Shown: in pieces, positions 1 to 10,130 of the stretch
How positions within the stretch are numbered: the first letter of the stretch is position 1
Layout of the letters: each line of letters opens with the position of its first letter
Assembly (NCBI GenBank): GCA_903857795.1
Contig: CAIOGM010000129.1
Span: forward strand, 3,553-67,552
DNA length: 64,000 nucleotides
Direction: 5' to 3'
From: an uncultured Geobacter sp.
GTDB taxonomy: Bacteria > Desulfobacterota > Desulfuromonadia > Geobacterales > CAIOGM01
Notes under the pieces: generated by a model
Database searches by the model: none
What the model was told of the DNA's origin: nothing
The model's input: the letters and a program-made list of their open reading frames with translations, nothing else
Translations under genes and position numbers: made by a program

Positions 1-7
1 ACGGCGG

Positions 8-1054
8 ATGCGCTCTTCGCCACCACGATTGCCGTCAGGGGTGCTGACGGCCATCTGCACCGATGGAAAGATGGTGGTGACTGTGCAGGATCATGAAATA
101 ACCATCCTCACCCCAGAGCAGCTCCCGGGGATCATCGAACTGGTTGCGGAGCGGTACGAGCCCCCCTACACCACCAATGATTTCTGGAACTGGCGCTATC
201 TCCTGAATCCCCAATGGGATGTCCGGATCTACGGCATTGTCGACAGTTCCGGCCGCGTCCTGGCCATACAACCGGTTTCGATAGTCCCTTTCCGGCAGGG
301 GGAGAGCCGGTTCCGGGCCGGGTTGCTGACTGCGGCGATAACCAGCAGCGCCTGCCAGCGGCGAGGTTATTTCCGTTCCCTGGTCATGAGGATCGTGCAT
401 GACCTGCAAGTAGAGGGGGTGCGGTTTCTCTATACGTTCCCCAATCCGCTCTCCAGCAGGGGATTCGCTCGTTTCCCCGGCTGGCTACGGCAGACGGAGT
501 TGAAGATTACCGGTCGACCGCTCCTGCCGTTCGTGGGGCGAGCTCCCGAACGGGGGGTGCTGGTCCAACGGTTTACGGATGATTTTGCCGGAATTCATGA
601 CCTGGCGCGGGATGTTACGAAGGGATTTACCTCTTGTGCCACCATCGAACGGAGTCCGGAATACCTGCGGTGGCGCTATGCGCAGAACTGTACCGCCGAC
701 TACTGGATTGCCCACTACCGCGGCGATGACGGATGTGGCTATGCGCTGTTCAGAAAGAGCGCCTTCAAGAAAGTACCGGTAGGGGCGGTGGTGGAGTTTG
801 AATCAACCTCCTCCGGAGTCTCGGATAAACTGATCCGCTCAGTCACCGGACAGCTGTCGCGGCTTGGCTGTCTCATGGCGCTGCGCTTCGTCTCCCAGGT
901 GGATCCCCACGGGGAGTCTTTCAAGAAGGCGCTGTTTTGTTCACTCCCTCCCCAACTGCTCCGGCGGGAGCTCCCCGTGTACGTCTACCCGTTGGCGGAG
1001 AACCAGCTTCCCGCGGAGTGGCGGATAACATGGGGCGATATGGACACCATATGA
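8..1054 (+). CDS. GNAT-superfamily N-acyltransferase, two-domain type
   Basis: 348-aa ORF with an acyl-CoA-binding-type motif (QRRGYFRSLV) in the N-terminal half and a second alpha/beta half. Its stop overlaps the next start (ATGA at 1051-1054). The start is uncertain: the frame is open to the window edge and there is an internal ATG at 71. Confidence 0.55.
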   Translation: MRSSPPRLPSGVLTAICTDGKMVVTVQDHEITILTPEQLPGIIELVAERYEPPYTTNDFWNWRYLLNPQWDVRIYGIVDSSGRVLAIQPVSIVPFRQGESRFRAGLLTAAITSSACQRRGYFRSLVMRIVHDLQVEGVRFLYTFPNPLSSRGFARFPGWLRQTELKITGRPLLPFVGRAPERGVLVQRFTDDFAGIHDLARDVTKGFTSCATIERSPEYLRWRYAQNCTADYWIAHYRGDDGCGYALFRKSAFKKVPVGAVVEFESTSSGVSDKLIRSVTGQLSRLGCLMALRFVSQVDPHGESFKKALFCSLPPQLLRRELPVYVYPLAENQLPAEWRITWGDMDTI

Positions 1055-1950
1055 GCAGTAGCGCCGCACCGCTGGGGAACACGGGGAAAAAATCGCCCTG
1101 CTTCTTGATGACGATTGATATGGAAGACTGGTTCCAACTGGTGGGGGCGGGGCTCGATTATCAGTTCAAGAACGGAGAGGGGGCGAACGATCCATGGGAC
1201 TCTTTCTCCCCGCGTCTCCACCGGACCGTGCCGTGGATCCTGGACGAGCTTGATCGACACCAGCGCAAGGCGACGTTCTTCGTGTTGGGGTGGGCTGCCC
1301 ACCGGCACCCCGAACTTGTCAGGGAGATCGACCGGCGAGGGCACGAGGTGGCGAGTCACAGCTATCACCATAAGATCGTCTACCGGCAGAGCCATGAGGA
1401 GTTCCGGACGGATCTCGTCAGGTCAAAAAATGTTCTGGAAGAGCTCATCGGCAAACCGGTCATCGGATTCCGCGCCTCAACAGCCTCAATAACCGACTGG
1501 GCGATGGAAATTTTGGCGGAAGAAGGGTTCCTGTACGATTCCAGCCTGTTCCCTTCGACCTATCATGACGTCTACGGCAAGCTGGACGGGATGGAGACGG
1601 ATGAGCTGGTCAGCCGACACTCGTCCGGCATTCTGGAGGTAAAATTTTCCTGTCTCCCGCTGCTGGGAAAACGTCTCCCCTGGAGCGGGGGGGGGTATTT
1701 CCGCCTGCTGCCGTTGTGGCTGTTCCGGGCGGGGATCCGGCGCATCAGAGAGTCAGGACAACCGTTCATGTTCTTCACCCATCCCTGGGAACTGGACCCC
1801 GAGACGCCGCGCTTGAACACGTTGAAAAAACAGTATGCCTGGAGGCGTTATGTGGGAATCTCTTCGGCTCGCCGCAATTTCATGAACCTTACCGCAGCCT
1901 ATGACACGACCCGAATCGATTCCTATCTCAGGGCTGAAGGACTCCTCTGA
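1051..1950 (+). CDS. polysaccharide deacetylase (NodB fold), PEP-CTERM-locus-like subfamily
   Basis: Has TIDMEDWF near the N-terminus plus HSYHH and HPWE motifs typical of NodB-type deacetylases, and resembles TIGR03006 (from memory). Start placed at ATG 1051 because the longer ORF (937) overlaps the previous CDS. Confidence 0.8.
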   Translation: MSSSAAPLGNTGKKSPCFLMTIDMEDWFQLVGAGLDYQFKNGEGANDPWDSFSPRLHRTVPWILDELDRHQRKATFFVLGWAAHRHPELVREIDRRGHEVASHSYHHKIVYRQSHEEFRTDLVRSKNVLEELIGKPVIGFRASTASITDWAMEILAEEGFLYDSSLFPSTYHDVYGKLDGMETDELVSRHSSGILEVKFSCLPLLGKRLPWSGGGYFRLLPLWLFRAGIRRIRESGQPFMFFTHPWELDPETPRLNTLKKQYAWRRYVGISSARRNFMNLTAAYDTTRIDSYLRAEGLL

Positions 1951-1952
1951 AC

Positions 1953-2558
1953 ATGGCGGCTCTCTCAACCAGGCAGGCTCAACTTGATGACACCGACGCC
2001 ATCGTCACCATTCACCTTGCGTCGTTTCCCGGGTTCTTCCTCAGCGTGCTCGGGCGCCGTTTTCTGAGACTGCTCTACCGGCAGTTCATGACGACTGAAA
2101 CCGGAATTCTCTTTGTGGCCGAACAGGAGGGGAAAATCTGCGGTTTTGTCGGTGGTGTCACCCAGCAGGTCGGTTTTTACGCCACGTTGCTCAGGCAGCA
2201 CAAGTGGCGTTTCGCCGCAGCGTCTTTGGGGGCGCTATTGCGGAAACCGTCCATCGGGGCGCGCCTGCTTCGGGCTCGCAAGCGACCCAGGGAGGCGGTG
2301 GAGAGTATGGCCGAAGCCTGCCTCATGTCCATCGGGGTCGATCCGGCAATCGAAGGAAAGGGGATCGGCCGGAAGCTGGTGGAGCTCTTCTGTGATGAGG
2401 TGCGCAACCGGGGGGGGAGGACGGTCTGCCTGACAACCGATACGCTCAACAATGACCGGGTCAACAGATTTTATCAGGGGCTTGATTTCACCATAGCGCG
2501 CGAATTTGTTACCGACGAAGGTCGATCCATGTATGAATACATAAGGAAACTGGACTGA
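1953..2558 (+). CDS. GNAT family N-acetyltransferase
   Basis: 201-aa ORF with a GNAT motif-A-like segment ([17 protein letters not shown]). Tightly packed between the deacetylase and aminotransferase genes. Confidence 0.75.
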   Translation: MAALSTRQAQLDDTDAIVTIHLASFPGFFLSVLGRRFLRLLYRQFMTTETGILFVAEQEGKICGFVGGVTQQVGFYATLLRQHKWRFAAASLGALLRKPSIGARLLRARKRPREAVESMAEACLMSIGVDPAIEGKGIGRKLVELFCDEVRNRGGRTVCLTTDTLNNDRVNRFYQGLDFTIAREFVTDEGRSMYEYIRKLD

Positions 2559-2559
2559 T

Positions 2560-3720
2560 ATGACAGAACCATACCCATTTATTCCGTTTGCCATCCCCGA
2601 TATCGGTGAGGACGAGATCGCCGAAGTGACCGATTCCCTCCGCTCCGGTTGGTTGACCACCGGTCCCAAGACCAGAAGGTTCGAGGAGGAGTTTGCCTCC
2701 TTCATGGGGGAAGGTTGCGAGGCGATTGCCGTTAACTCGGCCACTGCCGGGCTGCATCTGGCCCTGGAGGCGATCGGTATCGGTCCCGGGGATGAGGTGA
2801 TCACCACCACCTACACCTTTACCGCGACTGCCGAGGTGATCCGCTATCTTGGGGCTGACCCGGTGCTGGTGGATATCGATCCGAAGAGCATGAACATCGA
2901 CCCGGAATGCGTGGTCGCGGCCATCACCCCGCGGACAAAGGCGATTATCCCGGTGCACTTTGCCGGTCTGGCGTGTGACATGGCGGCTATCTTTGCTATT
3001 GCCCGCAAGCATGGACTGAAGATCATCGAGGATGCGGCCCATGCCCTGCCTGCGACCTCCGGGTCCCAATTGGTCGGCTCCCTCGAGAGCGACGCCACGG
3101 TCTTCAGCTTCTATGCCACCAAGACCATGACCACCGGGGAAGGGGGGATGATCGTCACCCGCAACCCGGATATTGCCAACCGTTGCCGGGTCATGCGCCT
3201 TCACGGCATCAGCCATGACGCTTTCGACCGGTACACGACCACGAGACCTTCCTGGCAGTATGAAGTGGTTGCCCCCGGGTTCAAGTACAACATGACGGAT
3301 CTTGCGGCGTCTCTGGGTATTCCTCAGTTGAGGAAGTCTGACGCCTTCCAGCGGAAACGGGCTGAATTGGCGGCCCGCTATGATGAGGCGTTTTCCGATC
3401 TGCCGCTCATCCTCCCGCTTCAGCCGCCCGAGGGCGATATTCACGCTTGGCATCTCTACGTTATCCGGCTGATGGATGAGGCCGGGACGGACCGCAACAG
3501 CTTTATCCAACAGATGTATGAGAAGGGCATAGGGTGCAGCGTCCACTTCATCCCGCTACATATTCACCCCTACTGGCGCGATCGCTATGAGTTCAAACCG
3601 GAGGACTTCCCCCACTCTTTTCAGGCCTATAGGGGCGCCGTCAGCCTGCCGCTGTTCACCAAGATGACGGAGGATGATCAGGAGCGGGTCATTGCCGCGG
3701 TGCGTGATATTCTCGCATGA
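2560..3720 (+). CDS. DegT/DnrJ/EryC1/StrS-family PLP-dependent sugar aminotransferase
   Basis: 386 aa. Family-typical N-terminus ([27 protein letters not shown]), a [10 protein letters not shown] segment and a [15 protein letters not shown] lysine region. Confidence 0.9.
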   Translation: MTEPYPFIPFAIPDIGEDEIAEVTDSLRSGWLTTGPKTRRFEEEFASFMGEGCEAIAVNSATAGLHLALEAIGIGPGDEVITTTYTFTATAEVIRYLGADPVLVDIDPKSMNIDPECVVAAITPRTKAIIPVHFAGLACDMAAIFAIARKHGLKIIEDAAHALPATSGSQLVGSLESDATVFSFYATKTMTTGEGGMIVTRNPDIANRCRVMRLHGISHDAFDRYTTTRPSWQYEVVAPGFKYNMTDLAASLGIPQLRKSDAFQRKRAELAARYDEAFSDLPLILPLQPPEGDIHAWHLYVIRLMDEAGTDRNSFIQQMYEKGIGCSVHFIPLHIHPYWRDRYEFKPEDFPHSFQAYRGAVSLPLFTKMTEDDQERVIAAVRDILA

Positions 3721-4310
3721 GCAGCAAACGCTTCCTGGATTTCACCGCTGCCTGTTGCGGGATGCTGCTTCTTGCCCCTCTTTTCCTGGTAACTGCTCTG
3801 GCTATCAGGCTCGATTCACCCGGTCCTGTCTTCTTCCGCCAGAAGCGGATCGGTAGGGGGTTCAAACCGTTCTTCATCTTCAAGTTTCGCACCATGGTGA
3901 CCGACGCCGAAAAGCGGGGCGCCCTCATCAGCACCGGTGATGACCCGCGGATAACTGCGGTCGGCGGATTTTTGAGAAAGTACAAGATCGACGAGCTGCC
4001 CCAGCTGATCAATGTCATCCGCGGGGAGATGAGTCTGGTTGGGCCCCGGCCCGAGGTGCCCCGTTATGTGGAGCGCTTTCGTCGGGATTTTGGAGAAATT
4101 CTGCAGGTACGGCCCGGTATCACCGATTTTGCTTCTCTGGAATACAAGGATGAAAATGAACTGCTGAGGGGGTGTTCCAATCCTGAGGAGAAGTATCTGT
4201 CGGAAATATTGCCGGCGAAAATCGTGTACTGCAAGAAGTACCTCCGTGAACAGAGTATGGCTACAGATCTGAAGCTCATATTCAAGACCATTTGGGGGAT
4301 TTTAAGCTGA
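3717..4310 (+). CDS. small bacterial sugar transferase (PglC/WbaP C-terminal type polyprenyl-phosphate glycosyl-1-phosphate transferase)
   Basis: 197 aa with one N-terminal TM segment and the motifs [27 protein letters not shown] and [12 protein letters not shown] overlap with the upstream gene. Confidence 0.9.
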   Translation: MSSKRFLDFTAACCGMLLLAPLFLVTALAIRLDSPGPVFFRQKRIGRGFKPFFIFKFRTMVTDAEKRGALISTGDDPRITAVGGFLRKYKIDELPQLINVIRGEMSLVGPRPEVPRYVERFRRDFGEILQVRPGITDFASLEYKDENELLRGCSNPEEKYLSEILPAKIVYCKKYLREQSMATDLKLIFKTIWGILS

Positions 4311-4335
4311 TCCACATCTCAAGGGGGCACAACCG

Positions 4336-7113
4336 ATGAAAACAAGACGTGTGTGGCCGGTGCGATGGAGTCTCTTCCTGGTTTTGGTCCTGATGACCCT
4401 GACGGTGGTTGCGGCTGTCCGGGGGGCAGAGGGGAAGAAGGAGCTGATCCTCTATGTTGCTGAAAACGGTCGGGATGACTGGTCGGGGAGGCTGGCCGCT
4501 CCCAATCCCGGGCGGACCGATGGTCCGTTCGCCTCTCTGACCCGGAGTCGCGACGTGGTACGGGCGCTGCGGAGCGCCCAGCCGGATCGGGATCTGGTGG
4601 TCCAACTGCGTGGCGGCACCTATTTCCTGGCGAAACCATTGGAATTTACCCCCCAGGATTCCGGTCGACTCGGAGGCTCGGTCACCTATGCCGCCTATCC
4701 CGGTGAGAAACCGGTCATCAGCGGAGGGCGGCTCCTGCCAAGGTTCAGGCAGGTGGCCGGCGGGTTGTGGCAGGCGGATATACCCGAGGCCCGGAGCGGG
4801 GCGTGGCGTTTTGAGCAGCTCTATGTGAACGGTCGCCGTGCTACCCGTGCGCGCACTCCCAACCGGGGCTATTTCTACACGGATGGTTCCGTTGCCGCCG
4901 GGAAGAATCCTGTCACCGGCAAACTCACTTCTCCGGACGACCGGGTACCCCTGGTGCGGGCCAAGGACCTGGCCCCGCTTCTCTCCCTTTCACCAGAGCG
5001 GCTCTCGGATGTGGTGGTATCCGCCTACTACAGCTGGGATATCTCGCGACATCATCTTCGCGCTGTTGATGGAGAAAAACATCTGCTCTACCTGACCGGA
5101 CGGTATCCGCCGGCCGGTGGTCATGAGTCGCCTCGTCAGCGTTACTTCCTTGAAAACTTTCGTGAGGCTCTTGACGCGCCCGGTGAGTGGTTTCTCGACA
5201 GAGACGGAACCTTGACCTATAAACCTCTGGATGGAGAATCGCTCTCCACTTCACAGGCCTTCGCCCCCGTAACCGAGACCCTTATTCGGGTCAGCGGCAC
5301 GAAGGAGGGGCAGCAGGCGGCTAATATCAACTTTCGTGGGATTACCTTCCGCCACGCCAGTTATCGGCTCCCCCCTGACGGGGAGTGGTCGGCTCAGGCT
5401 GCCTGCAAGATAGATGCGGCCATAATGGTGGATTATTCGCGCAATGTCCGTTTCGAAGGTTGTGCGATCGAAAACACCGGCGGCTACGGGATATGGTTCA
5501 GGAACGGTTGCCGGGAGTGCGTCGTTGAGCGCTGTTTTCTGGGCGACCTGGGCGCCGGCGGTGTCCGCCTGGGGCAAACAAGCAACGCGATTCCAGCCGC
5601 CGCCGATGTCACAGGTCAGAGCCGCATCGACAACAACATCATCCGTGGTGGCGGCCGTGTCTGGCCTGATGCTGCCGGCATTCTCATCGGCCACAGCGGC
5701 GACAATCAGGTTACTCACAACGATATCTCGCTCTTGGCCTACACCGGTATCTCCGTCGGATGGCACTGGGGTTTCGGCGATGTCCCTTCAAAAAACAACA
5801 TCATATCATTCAATCATATCCATCACCTGGGGTGGGATGTGCTGTCGGACATGGGGGGGATATATACGCTGGGCGAGTCGCCCGGTACGATCATCGACAA
5901 CAACGTGATCAACGACATCGATGGTGATGGTGATTCGGGGATGCATGGCCTCTACAACGACAACAGTTCCTCATTCATGCATCTTGAAAATAACCTAGTC
6001 TATAACGTTCGTGACGGTGGGTATATCTTTGGCGACGGTCGGGACAATGTCGTTCGTAACAACATTTTTGCGGCGGATCCGCGCAGGCGCGGCAAGAGCT
6101 CGCAACTCATCTTCTGGGAATACACTCAGGGAGCTGCACAGATTTCCTCCAGATTCGAACATAATATCGTGTACGGCAGCGGCGGGAAACTCTTTACCTT
6201 TCCTGAATCAGCAAAGCGTCTAATCTTGGCGAATAATATTTACTGGGAACCATCGGGCGCCGACATCGACTTTGCCGGAAAGCCGTTTAATACGTGGCAG
6301 GCGCTTGGTCGGGATAAAGGCTCGGTTATTGCGGATCCCGGATTCCTTAATCCTGCCCGGGGGGACTTTCGTCTCCGTAGAGAGTCTCCGGCGCTGAAGG
6401 TTGGTTTTGTTCCGTTCGATCCCGGGCAGGCCGGAGTATATGGAGACCCCGCCTGGGTCGCCCGGGCAGGCGGCGTTTCGCTCCCCCCCTGGCAGGGGTT
6501 GCCGCCACCACCTCCAATGAGCATCTATGATGACTTCGAAAGCACGGCCGTCGGCGCAGTCCCGGCCGATATCCGCATGGTGGTCGAAGGCAAGGGGGAC
6601 AGTATCGGGGTGACGGAGGCGACCGCGGCAACTGGTCGGCGCAGTCTGAAGATAACCGACGTCCCGGGGTTGACGAACAGCTACGATCCCCACTTCTGGT
6701 ACTCTCCCGACCACCGGCAGGGGATCACGACTCTTTCCTTTGATCTCCGTCTGGACCAGGGGGCGGAGTTGGTACAGGAGTGGCGGGAGTCTCCGGGGAA
6801 ACCTTATTATTATGTGGGCCCCAGGATCGATTTTCGCGGGGGTAAAATTCTTGTCTCGGGTAGGCCGTTGCTTGATATTCCGACCGGCGTCTGGTTCCAT
6901 CTGGAAATAAGCGCCGGATTGGGGCCGGAAGCGGATGGGACCTGGCTGCTTACGGTGACCCTGCCGGGAGAAAAGCCCCGGCGTTTTACCGGTCTGGTTT
7001 TTGGCTCGCCACAGACTCGTGCGCTCACCTGGCTGGGATTCATCAGCACCGGCAGTGCGGCTGCATCGTACTATCTGGACAATATCCGGTTGACCAATTC
7101 CAGGGCGGAGTGA
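4336..7113 (+). CDS. secreted right-handed parallel beta-helix repeat protein with C-terminal beta-sandwich region
   Basis: 925 aa with an N-terminal signal/TM segment and a DUF1565-like start (LYVAENGRDDWSG..GPFASL). Repeated G-x-x-I-x-N/H turns (NNIIRGG, VTHNDIS, NLVYNVRDGG, VRNNIF). Confidence 0.7.
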   Translation: MKTRRVWPVRWSLFLVLVLMTLTVVAAVRGAEGKKELILYVAENGRDDWSGRLAAPNPGRTDGPFASLTRSRDVVRALRSAQPDRDLVVQLRGGTYFLAKPLEFTPQDSGRLGGSVTYAAYPGEKPVISGGRLLPRFRQVAGGLWQADIPEARSGAWRFEQLYVNGRRATRARTPNRGYFYTDGSVAAGKNPVTGKLTSPDDRVPLVRAKDLAPLLSLSPERLSDVVVSAYYSWDISRHHLRAVDGEKHLLYLTGRYPPAGGHESPRQRYFLENFREALDAPGEWFLDRDGTLTYKPLDGESLSTSQAFAPVTETLIRVSGTKEGQQAANINFRGITFRHASYRLPPDGEWSAQAACKIDAAIMVDYSRNVRFEGCAIENTGGYGIWFRNGCRECVVERCFLGDLGAGGVRLGQTSNAIPAAADVTGQSRIDNNIIRGGGRVWPDAAGILIGHSGDNQVTHNDISLLAYTGISVGWHWGFGDVPSKNNIISFNHIHHLGWDVLSDMGGIYTLGESPGTIIDNNVINDIDGDGDSGMHGLYNDNSSSFMHLENNLVYNVRDGGYIFGDGRDNVVRNNIFAADPRRRGKSSQLIFWEYTQGAAQISSRFEHNIVYGSGGKLFTFPESAKRLILANNIYWEPSGADIDFAGKPFNTWQALGRDKGSVIADPGFLNPARGDFRLRRESPALKVGFVPFDPGQAGVYGDPAWVARAGGVSLPPWQGLPPPPPMSIYDDFESTAVGAVPADIRMVVEGKGDSIGVTEATAATGRRSLKITDVPGLTNSYDPHFWYSPDHRQGITTLSFDLRLDQGAELVQEWRESPGKPYYYVGPRIDFRGGKILVSGRPLLDIPTGVWFHLEISAGLGPEADGTWLLTVTLPGEKPRRFTGLVFGSPQTRALTWLGFISTGSAAASYYLDNIRLTNSRAE

Positions 7114-7350
7114 TCCAGGGAGTCACCACCATCTCAGATGCTGTTTTTTCGCGATCAGGTAGCCACATCCTGAAGTTTGAAGATAAAGTAATTTTTATTA
7201 ATTCGGTGTGGACTTTTTGCTTGATTTATTCCTTTGTCCTTGTGTATATTGGGGCCTCGTGTGAAGTACTCACGTTTGAAACGATAGGAAAATCCAAGAA
7301 ACCAAAATGTCGACTTCGTGCTGGCCAACAATGTGAAAAAGGAGAAAATA

Positions 7351-8082
7351 ATGAAAACTTTAGAAATGGGCAAGAAGAGCAGGAAAGTGATGACGTCACT
7401 GCTGATGCTGGCGCTGGTTGCCGTTGCGCCGTCTGGCGTGTTTGCGGCTAACAAGCTGATCGTGCAGGACAATTCAGCTACTCCGGTTGACAAGTTTGTG
7501 GTGACGGACACCGGCGCTATTGGTGTGGGGACCAACGCTCCTCTTACCGCAGTTCAGGCAAAAGGAAGCACCACTTCATCAGTGCAGATCATGTCGAGTT
7601 ACCTCGGGCCGGAAACCCTGAATGGCGGTGGCTTTGTGGCCTATAAGAATGGCCCGATCGCCACCAATAACGGCATGCCCAGTACCGGAGATAAGATTGG
7701 ATATATGCTTTTCGGAAGCTTTGGCGCCACCGGGACCGCCAGGAACTCTGCGGGTCTCGTTGCATACGCCGAGTCGAACTGGACCGACACCAATTATCCG
7801 GCATATTTCCTGTTTGAAACAGCAGCACCTAATACGACATCCCGAACCGAGCGGATGAGAATCACCAGTACCGGGAACATCGGCATCGGGATCTCTTCTC
7901 CTACCCAGAAACTCGAAGTCAATGGTGGTGTTCGCCTGAACACTGCTACCGTCAAGCCGACCTGCGACAGCACCAGCCGGGGGACCATGTGGTTCGTTGA
8001 TGGGGCTGTAGGCGTTGCCGATACACTTCAAGTTTGCGCCAAGGATGCGTCTGAAAATTACGCCTGGCGGCCACTGTTTTAA
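7351..8082 (+). CDS. secreted hypothetical protein, tail-fibre-like repeat motif
   Basis: Start chosen at the ATG preceded by AGGAG (aaaggagaaaataATG). Signal peptide LLMLALVAVAPSGVFA, an ERMRITSTGNIGIGISSPTQKLEVNGGV motif as seen in tail-fibre-domain proteins, and a C-terminal Cys pair (C..C). Confidence 0.5.
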   Translation: MKTLEMGKKSRKVMTSLLMLALVAVAPSGVFAANKLIVQDNSATPVDKFVVTDTGAIGVGTNAPLTAVQAKGSTTSSVQIMSSYLGPETLNGGGFVAYKNGPIATNNGMPSTGDKIGYMLFGSFGATGTARNSAGLVAYAESNWTDTNYPAYFLFETAAPNTTSRTERMRITSTGNIGIGISSPTQKLEVNGGVRLNTATVKPTCDSTSRGTMWFVDGAVGVADTLQVCAKDASENYAWRPLF

Positions 8083-8104
8083 TCGCCTGGTAGCACAGTA
8101 CAAA

Positions 8105-8145
8105 GCGCCGTACCCTCTGTCGAAGCGAGGGACGGCGCTTTTTTT
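8105..8145 (+). terminator. Rho-independent terminator
   Basis: GC-rich stem GCGCCGTACCCTC / GAGGGACGGCGC followed by a run of 7 T, directly after the stop at 8082. Confidence 0.85.
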
Positions 8146-8269
8146 GTGTAACAGTGTTCATTCATCTCGGTGAAACCTGAAAAACCGTTTTCCATCCGCA
8201 CCCAGTATGGTATATTTACGCCCGTTTGCCGTGCGGTTCCCCTGATGTCACTCACTACATAACCTGCCA

Positions 8270-10054
8270 TTGGATGAGATGTTCATGATTATGAGATCAC
8301 TCTGCACACTGCTCCTAACCGCCCTCGTCACCGCTGCCGCCATCTCCACCGGATGGTGTGGTGTCGCCTCGAACAACATCCCCCTGGACAGTCCAATTTA
8401 CAACTACCTGGGCAAGCTGGCCGGGTTCGGGCTCATCAAAAGTGACATCCAGGGAATCCGTCCGTTCTCCAAAGGCGAGGCGGCGCGGTTGCTCCGTGAG
8501 GCGCAAAACAATGCCGAGGTGATCCGGATACTCAGCGATCCGAGCGACACCCCGCCCGGTAAGGAGATGGTTGACGAACTCTTTGCCCGACTCCATGAGC
8601 GACTCACCCGCGAGATGGCCCAACCGGAATATCCCGCTACCGCTCCCGCCCCCTGGTTCGAACCGGCACAGCCGGAATATGGTCGGCTTCGCTATGTCTA
8701 CCTGGACGGGAGTCCCCGTTCCTATGCTCGTCCGGTCTTCGATCCGGGGAACGACGGAGTCTTCGGTATCGGCAGCGGACTACGACCGGCGAATGTCTAC
8801 CCTAATGGGATAGCCTTGCAGCGAGGATATGAGGGGACTCCGCTCTTCGAGAACAACGAGGGTACCGTTTACGGCAAGGGGAGTAATCTCGATCTCCGGA
8901 TCAGCCTGCAGGGGTATTCGACCCGCTACCTTTCATTCCTGGTTGAGCCGCAATTCGTTTTCTCGGCCAACCAATGGGCCAATGTCTCCGCTTCCGATGC
9001 AGTGTCGAACAGGGTCCTGAGCTCCGACAGCAGCTCTACCACGCTCCGGATCAATAAGGGGTACCTCAAGGCCGGCGGCGGGCCCCTGGAGTTGGAGGTG
9101 GGGCGTGACACCAACTGGTTCGGGCTTGGCGAACGCGGAAACGTAACCCTGACTAACAATGCCCAGAATCTCGACATGATCAAGCTCTCCAATCCCGAAC
9201 CTGTCTCTGCCGGTTTCCTTGGTGATCTGAAATATTCCCTCATCTTTTCCCGACTGGATAGCACTCGAGTTCAGGTCATAGATACCTCTACAGGGAAGGT
9301 GCTGTCTACTGCCGAACGCCAACCATATCTAGCACTCATCAAGTTGTCCATGAAACCGACTCCCCGTTTCGAGCTCGGGATCAACTTTGCTCGTATGTTC
9401 GGTGGACCTGGGGTCGGAGGTTTCGGCGGTGTCGGGGGGGACAGCACGACTCCCAATACGGCCAATTCCCTGGCGGGGATCGAACTCCGGTACCGGCTCC
9501 CCTGGCTGAGGAACACTGAGCTCTACGGCGAGTTTTCTGGCGAGGATGTGGCCGGCTTCTGGCCCATCGTGGAGAGCTACGTGGCCGGAATCTATTTCCC
9601 CCGCTTGACCGCAGGGGGGAGGGATGATTTCCGGTTCGAATTCTTCCAGGGAAACCAGATTCTCTATACCAGCACTTCGTATCCTGCGGGGTACACGTAT
9701 AACAATCTTCCTCTGGGGCACTCCCAAGGAGGGGCCAGCATCGACTTCTACGGGAAATACCGGCACTGGTTCACTCTTGACGATTACCTCTCTCTGGAAT
9801 ATTTTCATACCGAACGGGGTAACCTAGGGCGGTATCCGGTCAACAGCATTGGAGGGTATGACGCTAATGGCGCCATGCAGGCGGTTGAAAGAAAGGACGG
9901 GGGGCGGCTCTCCCTCAACCTGGCGGTGCCGCGTTTCGAGGGGTTCACCACAAACCTGATGTATGGCGTCGAACGGCTTCGCAATTATGATCTCATTCCC
10001 GGTTTCAATCAGACCAATCAGATCGTCAGTATGGAGCTGAATTACAAGTATTGA
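8270..10054 (+). CDS. Wzi-like capsule-assembly outer-membrane beta-barrel protein
   Basis: Signal peptide, an N-terminal helical motif (DSPIYNYLGKLAGFGLI...IRPFSKGEAARLL) like the Wzi family, then a long Y/G-rich beta-strand region ending in an aromatic residue (..NYKY). The ORF opens with TTG at 8270; ATG codons at 8279, 8285 and 8291 are alternative starts. Confidence 0.55.
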   Translation: MDEMFMIMRSLCTLLLTALVTAAAISTGWCGVASNNIPLDSPIYNYLGKLAGFGLIKSDIQGIRPFSKGEAARLLREAQNNAEVIRILSDPSDTPPGKEMVDELFARLHERLTREMAQPEYPATAPAPWFEPAQPEYGRLRYVYLDGSPRSYARPVFDPGNDGVFGIGSGLRPANVYPNGIALQRGYEGTPLFENNEGTVYGKGSNLDLRISLQGYSTRYLSFLVEPQFVFSANQWANVSASDAVSNRVLSSDSSSTTLRINKGYLKAGGGPLELEVGRDTNWFGLGERGNVTLTNNAQNLDMIKLSNPEPVSAGFLGDLKYSLIFSRLDSTRVQVIDTSTGKVLSTAERQPYLALIKLSMKPTPRFELGINFARMFGGPGVGGFGGVGGDSTTPNTANSLAGIELRYRLPWLRNTELYGEFSGEDVAGFWPIVESYVAGIYFPRLTAGGRDDFRFEFFQGNQILYTSTSYPAGYTYNNLPLGHSQGGASIDFYGKYRHWFTLDDYLSLEYFHTERGNLGRYPVNSIGGYDANGAMQAVERKDGGRLSLNLAVPRFEGFTTNLMYGVERLRNYDLIPGFNQTNQIVSMELNYKY

Positions 10055-10130
10055 GAACGCCGGGTGATTCAGCCAAAACTGCTGCCTTCAGAATTAAACC
10101 TCCCATTTGACAGATACCAAGGAAGAGACA

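Noticed and set aside
7318-7345. Sigma54-like sequence TGGCCAACAATGTGA upstream of the 7351 gene, and TGGTATATTTACGCC near 8207 upstream of the Wzi-like gene
   Set aside because: The first lacks the -12 GC element. The second has the GG-to-GC spacing off by one. Neither compares with the exact matches at 20560 and 21808.
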